Assembly (NCBI GenBank): GCA_963674735.2
Contig: CAXXQS010000001.1
Span: forward strand, 1,120,001-1,184,000
DNA from: Myxococcota bacterium
GTDB lineage: Bacteria > Myxococcota_A > SURF-8
Direction of reading: 5' to 3'
Length of the DNA stretch: 64,000 nt
In this document: piece by piece, positions 19,926-30,516 of the stretch
Numbering within the stretch: position 1 is the stretch's first letter
Layout: the number at the start of each line of letters is the position of its first letter
Made by a program: the position numbers and the translations under genes
Notes under the pieces: model-generated
What the model was told of the DNA's origin: nothing
Databases searched by the model: none
What the model saw: only the letters and a program-made list of their open reading frames with translations

Positions 19926-20168
19926 TTAGATACGGTTACTGTATCGATGCCCGACGAGATCGGTCAATTCTTCGAAGTCATCATCGCTCAGAAGAGGGGC
20001 GAGATCGCCGATGGTCTGGACCTGGTTGCAAGACGGGCAGATAAATCGTGTCGTCAAGCACGAAAAGTGCGGGCGCAGGGTTGCGGCACGGCAAATCGGA
20101 CACGAAATAGCGGTGTCATGTTTAGCGGCCAGAGCGGGGTTGGTCGGCAAGCGAAATGTGTAACTCAT
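19926..20168 (-). CDS. Small dual-CXXC protein (80 aa)
   Basis: CPIC...FSC...CPSC...DDDFEEL....NRI. Probable start ATG 20168 (ORF track extends to 20282). Confidence 0.7.
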   Translation of the reverse strand: MSYTFRLPTNPALAAKHDTAISCPICRAATLRPHFSCLTTRFICPSCNQVQTIGDLAPLLSDDDFEELTDLVGHRYSNRI

Positions 20169-20410
20169 CTTTATCCTGCCACAAATATCGTGAACATCCG
20201 TTAGACAGCCGGAATCGCGCGCAACTCCGACACCTCTCGTCCAAAACAATCGGAAGTATATCCAAGAATTTAAAAGATGCAAGCCTTCCTTTTCAAAATA
20301 GCTTTGAACGCGGATATCGGCGTTGCCTTCTATTCTAAGGTCGGTCGATTCCGTGAAAACTTCAATGAGGTTGACGATTGCTCGGATTGCTTTCTTGCGC
20401 GTCTTGTGTA

Positions 20411-20438
20411 TTGACCGGCCATGCTGGATGTGTATACT
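20411..20438 (+). promoter_or_regulatory. Putative sigma70 promoter
   Basis: TTGACC-N16-TATACT upstream of the CDS at 20498. Confidence 0.55.
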
Positions 20439-20497
20439 TAGCGCGATATCAGTAATGGTGACAGGGTTCTAAATGTGCCGAGTTTGAAAGAAGAACC

Positions 20498-22630
20498 ATG
20501 ATGCAACGAAAAAGTTCAATGATTTTAATGCTGCTGACCGTGTTGTTTTTGTCTGCCTCGGCTTGGGCTCACCAGGTGGACGTCATTCCGGCGACGGTCA
20601 AGGTTACCGATGTGTATGTGGCGGGATCTGTACCGTTGACTGTTTTGTCCGCCGCGCGCAATGAATGGGAAGGCTTCCAGATCGTTGTCCAGGCGGAATC
20701 CGCCGCAACGATCGATGACGTCCAGGTAGTCGTGACGGCTCATCCGAAGGATGACGCCGCGGCTGAATCGCTCTCAGGTTTCACCGCTATTCTGTACAAA
20801 GAGCACTATTTGACCATCGACGAGCCGTCGGCCGGGTCGCTTTACCTGCACGAGCGTCTGGCCGGTGATTATCCCGACCCCTTGATCCCGTTGTACGATC
20901 CCTATGCCGAGGCTGCCGTCACGGTCGGATTGCCGATCGAAATGGCGGCCGATGCCCGCGCGGTTATCTTTGTAGACTTGCATATTCCGAAAGAAATAGG
21001 GGGGCTTACGGCATCTTTCTTGGAGTATGACTTTACCGTCGATTATTCGATTGTTTTTGCGCAGGGGGAGCCGCTGCAGGGGAGTATTCCGTTGGTAGTC
21101 TGGGACTTTGAGATGCCGTCCACAAAATCGATGGGGACCGCTTTCGGCGTGTCGTGGAGTGCTTTCCCGGGTTACCATTGCGGCCCGAATGGGGATGACC
21201 AGGCCTGCATCGATCGGGTGACGCAGAACTACGCGGAGGCGCTGCATCAACATCGTATGGACCCCACGCGTTTGAAAGGACCGGTCGAATTCCAGTTTGA
21301 CAATGATGGAAACCTTCTTCCGGTCGATTGGACGGCCTATGATGCCTTTCTCGGTCCGTGGGTAACCGGTTCCAAATTTTCGGATGGCATCGGCGTCGCC
21401 CGCTTCGACGTGAATCGTTTCAAGCCCGGCAGCGGAATCGGAAGTTTCGAGACGGAAGATCAATATGCCAAAGCCGCCGCCGCTTTCGCCGAACATTTGG
21501 AGGCCATGGGTTGGTGGGACAAAGCCTATATCTACGCAACCGATGAACCGTGGTTGAATGGTGGAGAAGAAACCTACGCGCGCATCAAATCCGATATCGC
21601 GTTGCTAAGGCGCTACACCGATTTGTGGGATGACAAGGTGCTGATTACGGGGCCGTTCGTTCCCGATCTCGAAGAAGAAGTCGGAACCTGGTGCCCGGTT
21701 ACCCCCATGTACGAGAACTGGTTTTGGCTGGGCGACGAAGGCATGGCGGGCCGGGAGGAATATAGTCGTTTGATGGATAAGGGAAAGAAGCTTTGGTTTT
21801 ATGTTTGCAATGCCAACTTTCCGCCCTATGCCGGTTACGATATCGATACGTCGATCGGACATGAGCCGCGTATCGTCAAATGGGGCACTTGGTTTGAAAA
21901 AGCCACCGGCTTTCTTTACTGGCGCGTCACTTACTGGGTAGAGAACGATCCGTGGAATGTTTATCGAAATGTTCCCGGATTCGACGAAATGTTTGCTCGT
22001 CATGGCGATGGCTTGTTGCTTTATCCGGGCGATCATAACGGGACGCATGGGGGCAAAGGGTCGCCTGAAGACGTGGCGATCGACGGTCCGGTTGTCTCCT
22101 ATCGTATGAAGCAGATTCGCGACGGATTCGAAGATTGGGAACTCTTTATCATGGCGTCCGATTTGGGGGCCGAAGCTTACGTGCGCGAGCAAGTCGGCCG
22201 AGCCTATACGCAGTTCGGGAACTTCATGTTCGAGAATTGCGAGTCGGAGGGCATGTATTGCCGTGACAATCAACCCTGGACGCTCGACCCCGCCTTGATG
22301 GAAGAAATTCGCGGCAATGTCGCCGGCAAAGTTCTACATCTACTTCAACCCGATATCTATCCCGACCCCGAAACGTCACCTGATGATGAGGGAGACGGCG
22401 ATGTGGATGACGATTTGGAGGCGGATGAAGATGGCGATGCGGATGCCGCCGGTTCGGATGAAGACGGAGATGTTTCGGACGATAGCCAACCGGGAGACGA
22501 GGATACGGCTGTTTCGGAGGATGACGGAGACTCCGGTTGTCGGAGCGTTCCTCTTTCCGGTCGTGTGAGCCTTTTGGTTTTGACGCTCGGCCTGTTGTTG
22601 GCTCGTGCAAGAAAGAGGAAAGTAGTCTGA
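20498..22630 (+). CDS. Exported DUF4091/GH123-like glycoside hydrolase with DGD-rich linker and MYXO-CTERM-like tail
   Basis: Signal peptide AWA; ARNEWEGFQ, YPDPLIP, DEP, LWFYVC, GFLYW, GDG.LLYPG and S.R...IRDGFEDWE motifs; tail SGC-hydrophobic-RKRK. Confidence 0.75.
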   Translation: MMQRKSSMILMLLTVLFLSASAWAHQVDVIPATVKVTDVYVAGSVPLTVLSAARNEWEGFQIVVQAESAATIDDVQVVVTAHPKDDAAAESLSGFTAILYKEHYLTIDEPSAGSLYLHERLAGDYPDPLIPLYDPYAEAAVTVGLPIEMAADARAVIFVDLHIPKEIGGLTASFLEYDFTVDYSIVFAQGEPLQGSIPLVVWDFEMPSTKSMGTAFGVSWSAFPGYHCGPNGDDQACIDRVTQNYAEALHQHRMDPTRLKGPVEFQFDNDGNLLPVDWTAYDAFLGPWVTGSKFSDGIGVARFDVNRFKPGSGIGSFETEDQYAKAAAAFAEHLEAMGWWDKAYIYATDEPWLNGGEETYARIKSDIALLRRYTDLWDDKVLITGPFVPDLEEEVGTWCPVTPMYENWFWLGDEGMAGREEYSRLMDKGKKLWFYVCNANFPPYAGYDIDTSIGHEPRIVKWGTWFEKATGFLYWRVTYWVENDPWNVYRNVPGFDEMFARHGDGLLLYPGDHNGTHGGKGSPEDVAIDGPVVSYRMKQIRDGFEDWELFIMASDLGAEAYVREQVGRAYTQFGNFMFENCESEGMYCRDNQPWTLDPALMEEIRGNVAGKVLHLLQPDIYPDPETSPDDEGDGDVDDDLEADEDGDADAAGSDEDGDVSDDSQPGDEDTAVSEDDGDSGCRSVPLSGRVSLLVLTLGLLLARARKRKVV

Positions 22631-22651
22631 TTCTTTCAATTGATAGCGCGG

Positions 22652-24436
22652 TTATGTACTCCGGTTTACGGGTAGTGAAATCGTGAACGTCGAGCCGACG
22701 CCCTGCTCGCTCTCGACCGTCACGCGCCCATTGTGCACTCGCGAAATGTGCTTGACGATGGACAAGCCCAAACCGGTTCCTCCCATCTTGCGACTGCGCG
22801 CCTTGTCAACTCGATAGAACCGCTCGAAAATACGCGGCAATTCCTCTTTTGGAATGCCGACGCCGGAGTCCTTCACCGCGATTTGCAGGATTTCGTCGCT
22901 ATTGATATGGCAGGTTACCAGGATCGGACCGCCGGTCTCGCTGTATTTAATCGCATTATCCACCAAGTTGATAATTGCCTGCTCGACCAACGGGGCATTG
23001 ATCGGCGCGTTCAGGTCGTCGGGGCAGGTGAGGTTGATGCTTATGTCTTTGGCGCGGGCTTTGTCGGAACAGGTTAGGATGGCGTAGCGTGCGATTTGAG
23101 CAACATTGATCGATTCGAACCGCACCGAGTCGACCGGCGCGTCGTGTTCCAGGCGAGACAGCATCAGCAGGTCGTTGATGATGGCGTTCAAGCGCTCGGC
23201 TTGTCGTGCGATAATTCCCAGAAACTCAACGGATTTCTCCGGGTTGGCCATGGCACCGTCACGCAGTGTTTCGACAAACCCGATAATCGAGGTGATGGGC
23301 GTTTTCAATTCGTGAGAAACATTGGCCACAAAATCCTGGCGAACGCGTTCGAGCATTTTCAAGCGTGTCACATCGTTGAGGACAACCAGAGCTCCGGTGT
23401 AGGTGCCTTCCGGGTCGGTAATGCGTCGACCGTGTGCCTGCAGAAAGCGCTCGCTTTTCTTTTCCAGGATGATATCGGTTTCTGAAGGTTCTTCCGACCG
23501 GATACAAGTATGTAAAAACTCCATAAGGGGTGCATGCTGGATAATTTCGGCGATCGGTTGGTTACGCAAGGCAATGGGGTCGGTTTTAAAAAGCTCTCCA
23601 AATGCATGGTTGGCCCAGATCAGAAGACCGTCTCGGTCGACCATGAAAACCGCTTCAACCATGCCGGAAAGCAGGGCTTCAAGCTCATTTCTTTGTCGGG
23701 TGATCGTGCGGATCCGCTCGTTCAATTGAGTGGCCATCTTATTCATCGTGCCAGCCAGATACTCCATCTCTTCGATCGGCGGTTTGGGAATTCGATGATC
23801 CAAATCCCCGGCGGCAAACCGTTCCGCGCCCCGGTTGATTTCGCGGATGGGGCGGCTGATGCGACGCGCCAGAGCAAGCGATAGAAGGGCGGTGACCACC
23901 AACATGGCCAGAACCGCCCAAGCCAGTCGTTTGTAGGCTTTTTCCAGGGTATGCGTGATCGCCAGCATCGATGTCGAGATACGCACAACGCCGACCAGCC
24001 GTCCATCATGCTGAATGGGAAGCGCTACATACAGCATATCCAGACCGATCGTGCGGCTGAAACGAGAAGAAGACCCGGTATCCCCTTTAATGGCGGAAAG
24101 AATTTCAGGACGCTTGGCGTGGTTGTCCATTCGCAGAGGGTCTTCGTCGCTGTCGCCGATGACAAGCCCGGAAGGCAGAATGATCGTGACACGCTTTCCG
24201 ATATCTTCGCCGATTTGTTTGGCCAGGGAGTCGATCTTTGATTCTTGGCCTTCCGAAACGCTTTTTCCGAGTAACTTGATGATTAGCTGTGCATTGTCTT
24301 CCAATTCCGCAGTGAGTTGATCGAGATAGAAGCTTTTAAGCGCGTTAGAAGCATAAATGCCGACAGCCAGAGTGGAAAGCAACGTAATCAGCAGGAAAGA
24401 GAGGTAAAGTTGCCAGAGAAGCTTTTTTGGCATCAA
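22652..24436 (-). CDS. phoR: PhoR-like sensor histidine kinase (HAMP-PAS-HisKA-HATPase)
   Basis: DFVANVSHELKTPITSI, NLVDNAIKYS, IFERFYRVDKARSR and GGTGLGLSIVKH motifs; MDNH..RPEI sensor motif. Confidence 0.85.
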   Translation of the reverse strand: MMPKKLLWQLYLSFLLITLLSTLAVGIYASNALKSFYLDQLTAELEDNAQLIIKLLGKSVSEGQESKIDSLAKQIGEDIGKRVTIILPSGLVIGDSDEDPLRMDNHAKRPEILSAIKGDTGSSSRFSRTIGLDMLYVALPIQHDGRLVGVVRISTSMLAITHTLEKAYKRLAWAVLAMLVVTALLSLALARRISRPIREINRGAERFAAGDLDHRIPKPPIEEMEYLAGTMNKMATQLNERIRTITRQRNELEALLSGMVEAVFMVDRDGLLIWANHAFGELFKTDPIALRNQPIAEIIQHAPLMEFLHTCIRSEEPSETDIILEKKSERFLQAHGRRITDPEGTYTGALVVLNDVTRLKMLERVRQDFVANVSHELKTPITSIIGFVETLRDGAMANPEKSVEFLGIIARQAERLNAIINDLLMLSRLEHDAPVDSVRFESINVAQIARYAILTCSDKARAKDISINLTCPDDLNAPINAPLVEQAIINLVDNAIKYSETGGPILVTCHINSDEILQIAVKDSGVGIPKEELPRIFERFYRVDKARSRKMGGTGLGLSIVKHISRVHNGRVTVESEQGVGSTFTISLPVNRST

Positions 24437-25119
24437 TCTTCCTTGAATCGATATCCGACTCCACGAACGGTTTCAATATAGCTTCCCATGTCGCCGAGTT
24501 TCTTGCGCAAGCCGACGATTTGCACATCGACCGAACGGTCGGTGACGGGATAGTCGTCGCCTTTGACGGCGGAAATGATTTGGTTGCGTGTAAAGACCCA
24601 TCCGGGATGTTTGGCCAGAAACAATAGAATAGAAAACTCCGTAGCGCTCAGGTCTATGGGGGTTTCGTCAATTTTCACTTCGTGGCGCGCCGGGTGGATC
24701 GTTAGATCGAGATGCTTGATGAGTTCGGGATCGTTTGCTTCGGATCGTTTACTGCGGCGTAAAACAGCGCGGATACGTGCGATGAGCACGCGGGGGTGCA
24801 TGGGTTTGGTGATGTAATCGTCGGCTCCAAGCTCCAGCCCGCACACGACATCTACATCTTCGCCTTTGGCCGTAAGCATGATAATTGGGATGTTTTCGGT
24901 CGTCTTATCGCCTTTAAGGCGCTTGCACACCTCAAAACCATCCAAGCCGGGCAGCATCAGGTCAAGTAGAACCAAATCGGGAACTTCCGCGAAGGCTTTT
25001 TCCAGGCCTTCTTCACCGGTGGCAGCGGAGAGAGTGGTCAGTCCCTCTTTTTCGAGGTTGTAACGGACCAGTTCGAGAATGTCTTCTTCGTCTTCAACTA
25101 CCAAGATTCGCTGGTTCAT
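24433..25119 (-). CDS. phoB: OmpR/PhoB-family response regulator
   Basis: VEDE, LLDLMLP, MLTAKGE, GADDYITKP, DRSVDVQI..LRKKL and IETVRGVGYRF motifs; overlaps the kinase start. Confidence 0.85.
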   Translation of the reverse strand: MNQRILVVEDEEDILELVRYNLEKEGLTTLSAATGEEGLEKAFAEVPDLVLLDLMLPGLDGFEVCKRLKGDKTTENIPIIMLTAKGEDVDVVCGLELGADDYITKPMHPRVLIARIRAVLRRSKRSEANDPELIKHLDLTIHPARHEVKIDETPIDLSATEFSILLFLAKHPGWVFTRNQIISAVKGDDYPVTDRSVDVQIVGLRKKLGDMGSYIETVRGVGYRFKED

Positions 25120-25170
25120 GTCGTCTCCTATTTCGTGAACTCCACCGACTTGTGTTTACTTAGCATAATT

Positions 25171-25200
25171 TGTAAACAGGAGTGTTAAGGCTTCGTTAGA
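25171..25200 (-). promoter_or_regulatory. Possible Pho-box-like direct repeats
   Basis: Minus strand CTAACG-N5-TTAACA-N6-TTTACA upstream of the response regulator. Confidence 0.35.
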
Positions 25201-25364
25201 ATTTCCATTTTCTTAGGTTATGACAAGTTCGAACCCCCGCCGAAATAACGCAATTGAACCGGATGATTCTGCCATGATCCGTCAGGTGGGAGGTTGTTGT
25301 CAAGTTTGGAGATGTATTCGTAAGCTTTCACCCCGCATAAAGTTTTTCAGTTGACCTGAAGCAC

Positions 25365-25393
25365 TTGACAATTATTCCTCGTTCCGCTAGTTT
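25365..25393 (+). promoter_or_regulatory. Putative sigma70 promoter of pyrE
   Basis: TTGACA-N17-TAGTTT. Confidence 0.5.
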
Positions 25394-25454
25394 CCAATCC
25401 GACCCAGATCATAGGGTATGGGGTTCCATTTATTTTTCTGTCAAGGAGACGATT

Positions 25455-26075
25455 ATGAGCCAGGCCGCTTTGCCTTCCCATTTCGAGACCAATCCAGAGC
25501 ACAAAGCGCGCCTGTTGGCGATTCTAAAAGAAAAATCATACGTTGAAGGCGAGGTGGTTCTTGCTTCCGGTAAAAAAAGCGATTTTTACGTCGATTGTCG
25601 CCAAACTTCGCTGGACGCGGAAGGGGCTTACCTGATCGGCCAGATCTTCCACCGCTGGTTGGAGCAGCTTCCCGAACACCCGGTAGCCGTTGGGGGAATG
25701 ACCATGGGGGCCGACCCGCTGGTTACGGCGACATCGGTGACAAGCTTTTTGGAATCGAATCCCGTCAACGCGTTTTTATTGCGTAAAGAGCCTAAAGGGC
25801 ATGGCATGCAAAGCCAGATAGAGGGCACGAAAAGCGTTGAGGCCGGTGACCAGGTTGTCTTGTTGGAGGACGTTGTGACAACCGGGGGATCGACGCTCAA
25901 AGCGCTGGATGTGTGCGGGGCAGCCAATCTCGATGTGGTGGCGGTATTTTGTCTGGTTGATCGCCAGGAAGGCGGACGCGCTGCGGTGGAACAACATGGA
26001 GCTCCCTGTTTTCGATCTTCACGCGGAAGGATGTCAAGGGCGAGTAACCTGAACCACTGGATGAGCTTGCAATGA
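25455..26075 (+). CDS. pyrE: Orotate phosphoribosyltransferase; probable 1-nt deletion near 26006 (corrected stop 26047)
   Basis: LASGKKSDFYVD, GGMTMGADP, RKEPKGHG, LEDVVTTGGS and VDRQEGG motifs. AAGGAG RBS before ATG 25455. Confidence 0.93.
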   Translation: MSQAALPSHFETNPEHKARLLAILKEKSYVEGEVVLASGKKSDFYVDCRQTSLDAEGAYLIGQIFHRWLEQLPEHPVAVGGMTMGADPLVTATSVTSFLESNPVNAFLLRKEPKGHGMQSQIEGTKSVEAGDQVVLLEDVVTTGGSTLKALDVCGAANLDVVAVFCLVDRQEGGRAAVEQHGAPCFRSSRGRMSRASNLNHWMSLQ

Positions 26076-26103
26076 AAAACCCCGGCTTTCACCGGGGCTT
26101 TTT
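26075..26103. terminator. Bidirectional terminator between pyrE and hslU
   Basis: AAAAACCCCGG-CTTTCA-CCGGGGCTTTTT. Confidence 0.85.
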
Positions 26104-26122
26104 GTATTAATCCATAAGGATC

Positions 26123-27598
26123 TTATAAGATGTAGCGGCTCAGGTCTTCGCTTTGCAGAACATCGGAGAGACGCTGGTCCACGTACTCTGGCGTTACTAC
26201 GATACTGGTGGGGCCGATGTCCGGACCTTCGAACAGGACTTCGTCCAAAAGGCGTTCCATGACTGTATGGAGTCGGCGTGCGCCGATATCTTCCGCCGAA
26301 TTGTTCACTTGGGCGGAGATGGCCGCGATGCGTTGAATGGCAGGTTCGGTGAATTCAATCGTGATTTCTTCCGCATCGAGCATCGCCATATATTGGCGTG
26401 TCAGTGAATTCTCGGGCTCGGTCAAGATGCGCACGAAATCGCCCTGGGTGAGTGAATCCAACTCAACGCGGATCGGGAAGCGGCCTTGAAGCTCGGGAAT
26501 CAGATCGCTGGGTTTGGAGATATGGAAAGCGCCTGCGGCGATAAAAAGGATATGATCGGTTTTGACCGGCCCGTATTTCGTGGCGACGGTGCTTCCTTCG
26601 ACGATGGGCAGGATGTCGCGTTGCACGCCTTCGCGTGAAACATCCGGTCCATGTCCTCCTTCGCGTCCGGCGATTTTATCGATTTCGTCCAGAAAGACGA
26701 TTCCGGCGTTTTCGACTCGGTCGAGCGCCTCTTTCTGCACTTTTTCCTGATCGATCAGCTTGGCCGCCTCTTCATGCGTCAGCAGTTCCATCGCGTCCTT
26801 TACCAGCATCTGACGCTTGCGTTTCTTATTCGGCATCATGCCGCTCATCATGTCTTTCAGATGCATGCTGATTTCTTCCATGCCGCTGGCGCTGAAAACC
26901 TCGAACATGGGCATGGGGGAATTCTGTTGGGTTTCAAGTTCAACCTTACGCTCATCCAGCTCGCCGCGTCGCAGCTTGTCGCGGAATTTTTCCCGCGTGC
27001 GCTTATGCGACTCCATCTCGGTTTGATATCGCTCTTCGTTGGTCTTCTTCTGCTCTTTTTCCAGGCGCTTGGTCTCATCGTCCGAAGAGTCCGTATCCAG
27101 TGCGTCGAAATTGAAAAGCTGGGCGGCGCTGTTGGAAGAAGATGACTGGGGCTTGGGCGGAGGCGGCACCAGGAGGTCGAGCAGACGTTCTTCGGCGTTT
27201 CGTTTAGCTTTGGATGCCACGCGTTCCTCTTCTTCGCGGCGCAACATTTGAATCGAATTCTCCATCAAGTCGCGCACCATCGAGTCGACATCGCGTCCGA
27301 CATACCCGACTTCGGTGAACTTGGAGGCTTCCACCTTGATGAAGGGAGCCTGCGCCAGCTTGGCCAGACGGCGCGCGATTTCCGTTTTACCGACGCCGGT
27401 TGAGCCGATCATAATGATGTTTTTCGGCACGATTTCGTCGCGCAGATCTTCGACCACCTGACGGCGACGCCAACGGTTACGTAAAGCGATGGCCACGGCT
27501 CGCTTGGCTTTCGATTGGCCGATGATGAATTTATCGAGCTCGGCCACGATCTGGCGTGGTGTCAGCGCATCGGGGGCCTGGGGTTTGGCGGGAATCAT
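26123..27598 (-). CDS. hslU: ATP-dependent protease ATPase subunit HslU
   Basis: [54 protein letters not shown] and C-terminal DLSRYIL. Start 27598 follows the hslV stop. Confidence 0.97.
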   Translation of the reverse strand: MIPAKPQAPDALTPRQIVAELDKFIIGQSKAKRAVAIALRNRWRRRQVVEDLRDEIVPKNIIMIGSTGVGKTEIARRLAKLAQAPFIKVEASKFTEVGYVGRDVDSMVRDLMENSIQMLRREEEERVASKAKRNAEERLLDLLVPPPPKPQSSSSNSAAQLFNFDALDTDSSDDETKRLEKEQKKTNEERYQTEMESHKRTREKFRDKLRRGELDERKVELETQQNSPMPMFEVFSASGMEEISMHLKDMMSGMMPNKKRKRQMLVKDAMELLTHEEAAKLIDQEKVQKEALDRVENAGIVFLDEIDKIAGREGGHGPDVSREGVQRDILPIVEGSTVATKYGPVKTDHILFIAAGAFHISKPSDLIPELQGRFPIRVELDSLTQGDFVRILTEPENSLTRQYMAMLDAEEITIEFTEPAIQRIAAISAQVNNSAEDIGARRLHTVMERLLDEVLFEGPDIGPTSIVVTPEYVDQRLSDVLQSEDLSRYIL

Positions 27599-27599
27599 G

Positions 27600-28127
27600 T
27601 TACAGCTCCTCAATATGCAGTTCGCCGTTGGTGTAAACACAGATATCGGCGGCGATTTTCATGGATTCTTTGGCGATGGTGACGGCGTCGAGTTGGCTAT
27701 GCTCGGAAAGCGCACGCGCTGCGGCGTAAGCGTACGAACCACCCGAACCGATGGCGATCACACCCGTGTCCGGCTCGACGACGTCTCCCGTGCCGGAAAT
27801 CATCAACGTTTTCTCGACATTTGCGACCAAAAGCAAAGCTTCCAGGCGGCGCAGATATTTGTCGGTGCGCCAATCCTTGGCCAGCTCGACGGCGGCTCGG
27901 GTAATGTTACTGTTATACTCCTTGAGCTTCTTTTCAAAGCGCTCATAAAGTGTGAAGGCGTCGGCTGTGGAACCGGCGAAGCCCGTAATCACATTGTGAT
28001 CGGGCAGGCGGCGTACTTTAATAGCGGTGTGCTTCAGCACGGTGCTTCCCATGCTGACTTGACCATCCCCGGCCATGACCACCTTGTCATCCTTGCGGAC
28101 GCAGAGTATCGTGGTGCCTTCGAACAT
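27600..28127 (-). CDS. hslV: ATP-dependent protease peptidase subunit HslV
   Basis: GTTIL.VR..., [31 protein letters not shown] and ICVYTN motifs. True start is near 28127, not 28502. Confidence 0.97.
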   Translation of the reverse strand: MFEGTTILCVRKDDKVVMAGDGQVSMGSTVLKHTAIKVRRLPDHNVITGFAGSTADAFTLYERFEKKLKEYNSNITRAAVELAKDWRTDKYLRRLEALLLVANVEKTLMISGTGDVVEPDTGVIAIGSGGSYAYAAARALSEHSQLDAVTIAKESMKIAADICVYTNGELHIEEL

Positions 28128-28144
28128 AACTTCCATCCTTTCGT

Positions 28145-29089
28145 CTATTCGCCGTTGTCGTTTGACTGAACTCGGCGTTTTCGCGCGCGCGGGTGCGCAC
28201 GGTCGTAAACGGAAACCAAGTGGTCGAGACTGACTTGAGCATATCGCTGGGTCGTGCTGAGAGAGCGATGTCCAAGCAATTCCTGAATCGTGCGCAGGTC
28301 TGCGCCGCCATCCAGCAGGTGAGTGGCGAAGGTATGGCGCAGAGTGTGCGGGCTGGCACGTCGGCCGCTGCCAAGGCCTAGAAGAGTTCGATCGATGATT
28401 TGGGCGACACCGCGCCGGGTAAGTCTGCCTCCGCGATGATTGACAATCAGTGCGTCGGGGTCGGCCCATTTCGGATAGCGTTTTTGAAGCTCCTCTCGCC
28501 ATGGCAGGTAGGCGGCCAGTGCTTTGAGTGCCGGGTCGGATACCGGTACGACCCGCTCACGACTCCCTTTCCCCCAAACCCGTACTTCGCGGCGTTCGGT
28601 GGAAATACCATCCACGTCGAGACCCACCAATTCGGAGACTCGCAACCCGCAGGCGTACAGCATTTCCCACAAAAGACGGTCACGCGGACCGAGTGAAGAT
28701 TCCGAGAAATTACGGTGCAGAATCTCGGTCATTTCGTCGATGCTGAACAAGTCCGGTAGCTTTCGTGCCTTTCGGGGAAGACTTAAGGCATCCGCCGGAT
28801 TGTGCTGAATATGTTTCATGCGTAGACAGAAACGAAAAAAGCTGCGCAAGGCCGAGATTTTTCGCTCCAGACTGGTCGGCGACAGCCTGTCGTAAAGATC
28901 GGCCAGAAACTCGCGCAGAATGCTTTCGTCGATGCGATCCAATTGCTTGGCGTCCGCCAGTGCGGGGAACCGAGCATCCAGAAAAGTCGCGAATTGCTGT
29001 AAGTCGCGAAAATAGGCCTGACAGGTGTTGTCGGCGGCTCCTCGTTCGCCATCCAGATAGCGGATATAGCTGTCAATGAGGGTATTCAT
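28145..29089 (-). CDS. xerC: Tyrosine recombinase XerC-like
   Basis: [44 protein letters not shown] and HPRA motifs; conserved xerC-hslVU order. Confidence 0.9.
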   Translation of the reverse strand: MNTLIDSYIRYLDGERGAADNTCQAYFRDLQQFATFLDARFPALADAKQLDRIDESILREFLADLYDRLSPTSLERKISALRSFFRFCLRMKHIQHNPADALSLPRKARKLPDLFSIDEMTEILHRNFSESSLGPRDRLLWEMLYACGLRVSELVGLDVDGISTERREVRVWGKGSRERVVPVSDPALKALAAYLPWREELQKRYPKWADPDALIVNHRGGRLTRRGVAQIIDRTLLGLGSGRRASPHTLRHTFATHLLDGGADLRTIQELLGHRSLSTTQRYAQVSLDHLVSVYDRAHPRARKRRVQSNDNGE

Positions 29090-29096
29090 CGGTCAT

Positions 29097-30215
29097 TCAA
29101 CCTGCGCTCGAAGGCATGTTGAATTCGGTCGAGGCAATCCAGCCGCCGCCGAGGGCTTCATCATCCACGTAAAAGACGGCTGCCTGACCGGGCGTAATCG
29201 CCGATTGAGGTTGTTCGAAGGTCACGCTTACGGGGTCTCCCGGTTTGATCGATTCACCGTCAAGACTGCAAAGGGTTGCTTGAGCCCCGGCGTGGCGTGA
29301 TCGAATCTGGCAGGTTACCTGAAGGTTGTTTGCCAATGCCTGATGATCGATGAAGCTCAGGTTTTCGACGATCATTTCCGACCGATAAAGGGCGGCTTCG
29401 GGGCCGAGTACGACTTGGTTCCGAGTTGCATCGAGTCCGACGACGTACAACCGGTCGGTAGAGGCCACCCCCAAGCCGCGTCTCTGGCCGATGGTATGGC
29501 GAAAATAGCCTTCGTGATGTCCCAGAACGTTGCCTTTCAGATCGATAATTTCACCGTGAGAGACATGGCGCAACTGCGAGGTCCGGGCGATGAAGTCGGC
29601 ATAGGAACCGTCTTGGATGAAACAAACATCCTGGCTGTCTCGCTTGGAAGCATTATGGAAACCATAGCGATCGGCCAGCTCGCGCACCGTTTCTTTGGTC
29701 ATCTCACCCAGAGGAAAGCGAAGATTCGCCACCGCCGGTTTTGTGATTCCAAACAAAAAGTAAGACTGGTCTTTGGGTCTGTCAACTCCTCGACGCAAAC
29801 AAAAACGTCCAAGTGTCTCGTCGAATCCGATACGCGCGTAATGACCGGTTGCCAGAATATCGGCTCCGAGAGCTTGGGCCTTCTGGAATAGATGTCCGAA
29901 TTTGATTCGCCGGTTACACAAAACACAGGGATTCGGCGTTCGTCCGTGGGCATATTCGGCGGTAAAAGGGTCAAGCACCTCTTTCCTGAATATCTCTTTA
30001 AAATCGACGACATGGAGCTGAATCCCAAGTGTATCGCACACTTGTTGAGCGTCTTTGGCCGGAGTTGGCGTGTTTTTAGCGGGCGAGCAAGTCTCCGCCG
30101 ATTTGAACTCGCCGATGTCCATGGTTAAACCGAAGACATCGTAACCTTGTTCCAGCATTAAGGCGGCTGTGACCGAACTATCTACGCCACCGCTCATCGC
30201 GACTGCTGCTCGCAT
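29097..30215 (-). CDS. mnmA: tRNA 2-thiouridylase MnmA
   Basis: AMSGGVDSSV, TPNPCVLCN, ATGHYAR, KDQSYFL, SQDVCF, TIGQRRGL and TPGQAAVFY motifs. Confidence 0.97.
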   Translation of the reverse strand: MRAAVAMSGGVDSSVTAALMLEQGYDVFGLTMDIGEFKSAETCSPAKNTPTPAKDAQQVCDTLGIQLHVVDFKEIFRKEVLDPFTAEYAHGRTPNPCVLCNRRIKFGHLFQKAQALGADILATGHYARIGFDETLGRFCLRRGVDRPKDQSYFLFGITKPAVANLRFPLGEMTKETVRELADRYGFHNASKRDSQDVCFIQDGSYADFIARTSQLRHVSHGEIIDLKGNVLGHHEGYFRHTIGQRRGLGVASTDRLYVVGLDATRNQVVLGPEAALYRSEMIVENLSFIDHQALANNLQVTCQIRSRHAGAQATLCSLDGESIKPGDPVSVTFEQPQSAITPGQAAVFYVDDEALGGGWIASTEFNMPSSAG

Positions 30216-30516
30216 GACCGTCCTTTCGAATCTGAGTCTCTATTCGTCGGGCCCATTATCGAGATGTGCTTGAAGGCTGTCAAGGTGATCGTTTTTTTAA
30301 AGTAAAGGGTGAGGGAAAGGAAAAATGTGCAATTATAAGAAGCTCTGGGCTGTCTTATTCAGGTCTTCGGATTGTTCAATCGCTCTTTGCTGAGAAAAAA
30401 GCGCCTTATAAACACTTGTCGCACCTGTCAAACTTTAGTAAACTGTTTTGTTAGCATACGGGGACGGCGGGTGCTTAACGTGACATGTTTAACTATGGAT
30501 TGGCAAGGTTGCAGAC

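Noticed and set aside
28128-28502. N-terminal extension of HslV in the ORF track
   Set aside because: It overlaps xerC in another frame, and HslV needs its catalytic Thr near the N-terminus.
28145-29089. Prophage or island integrase
   Set aside because: It sits in the conserved housekeeping xerC-hslV-hslU order with no att sites or phage genes.
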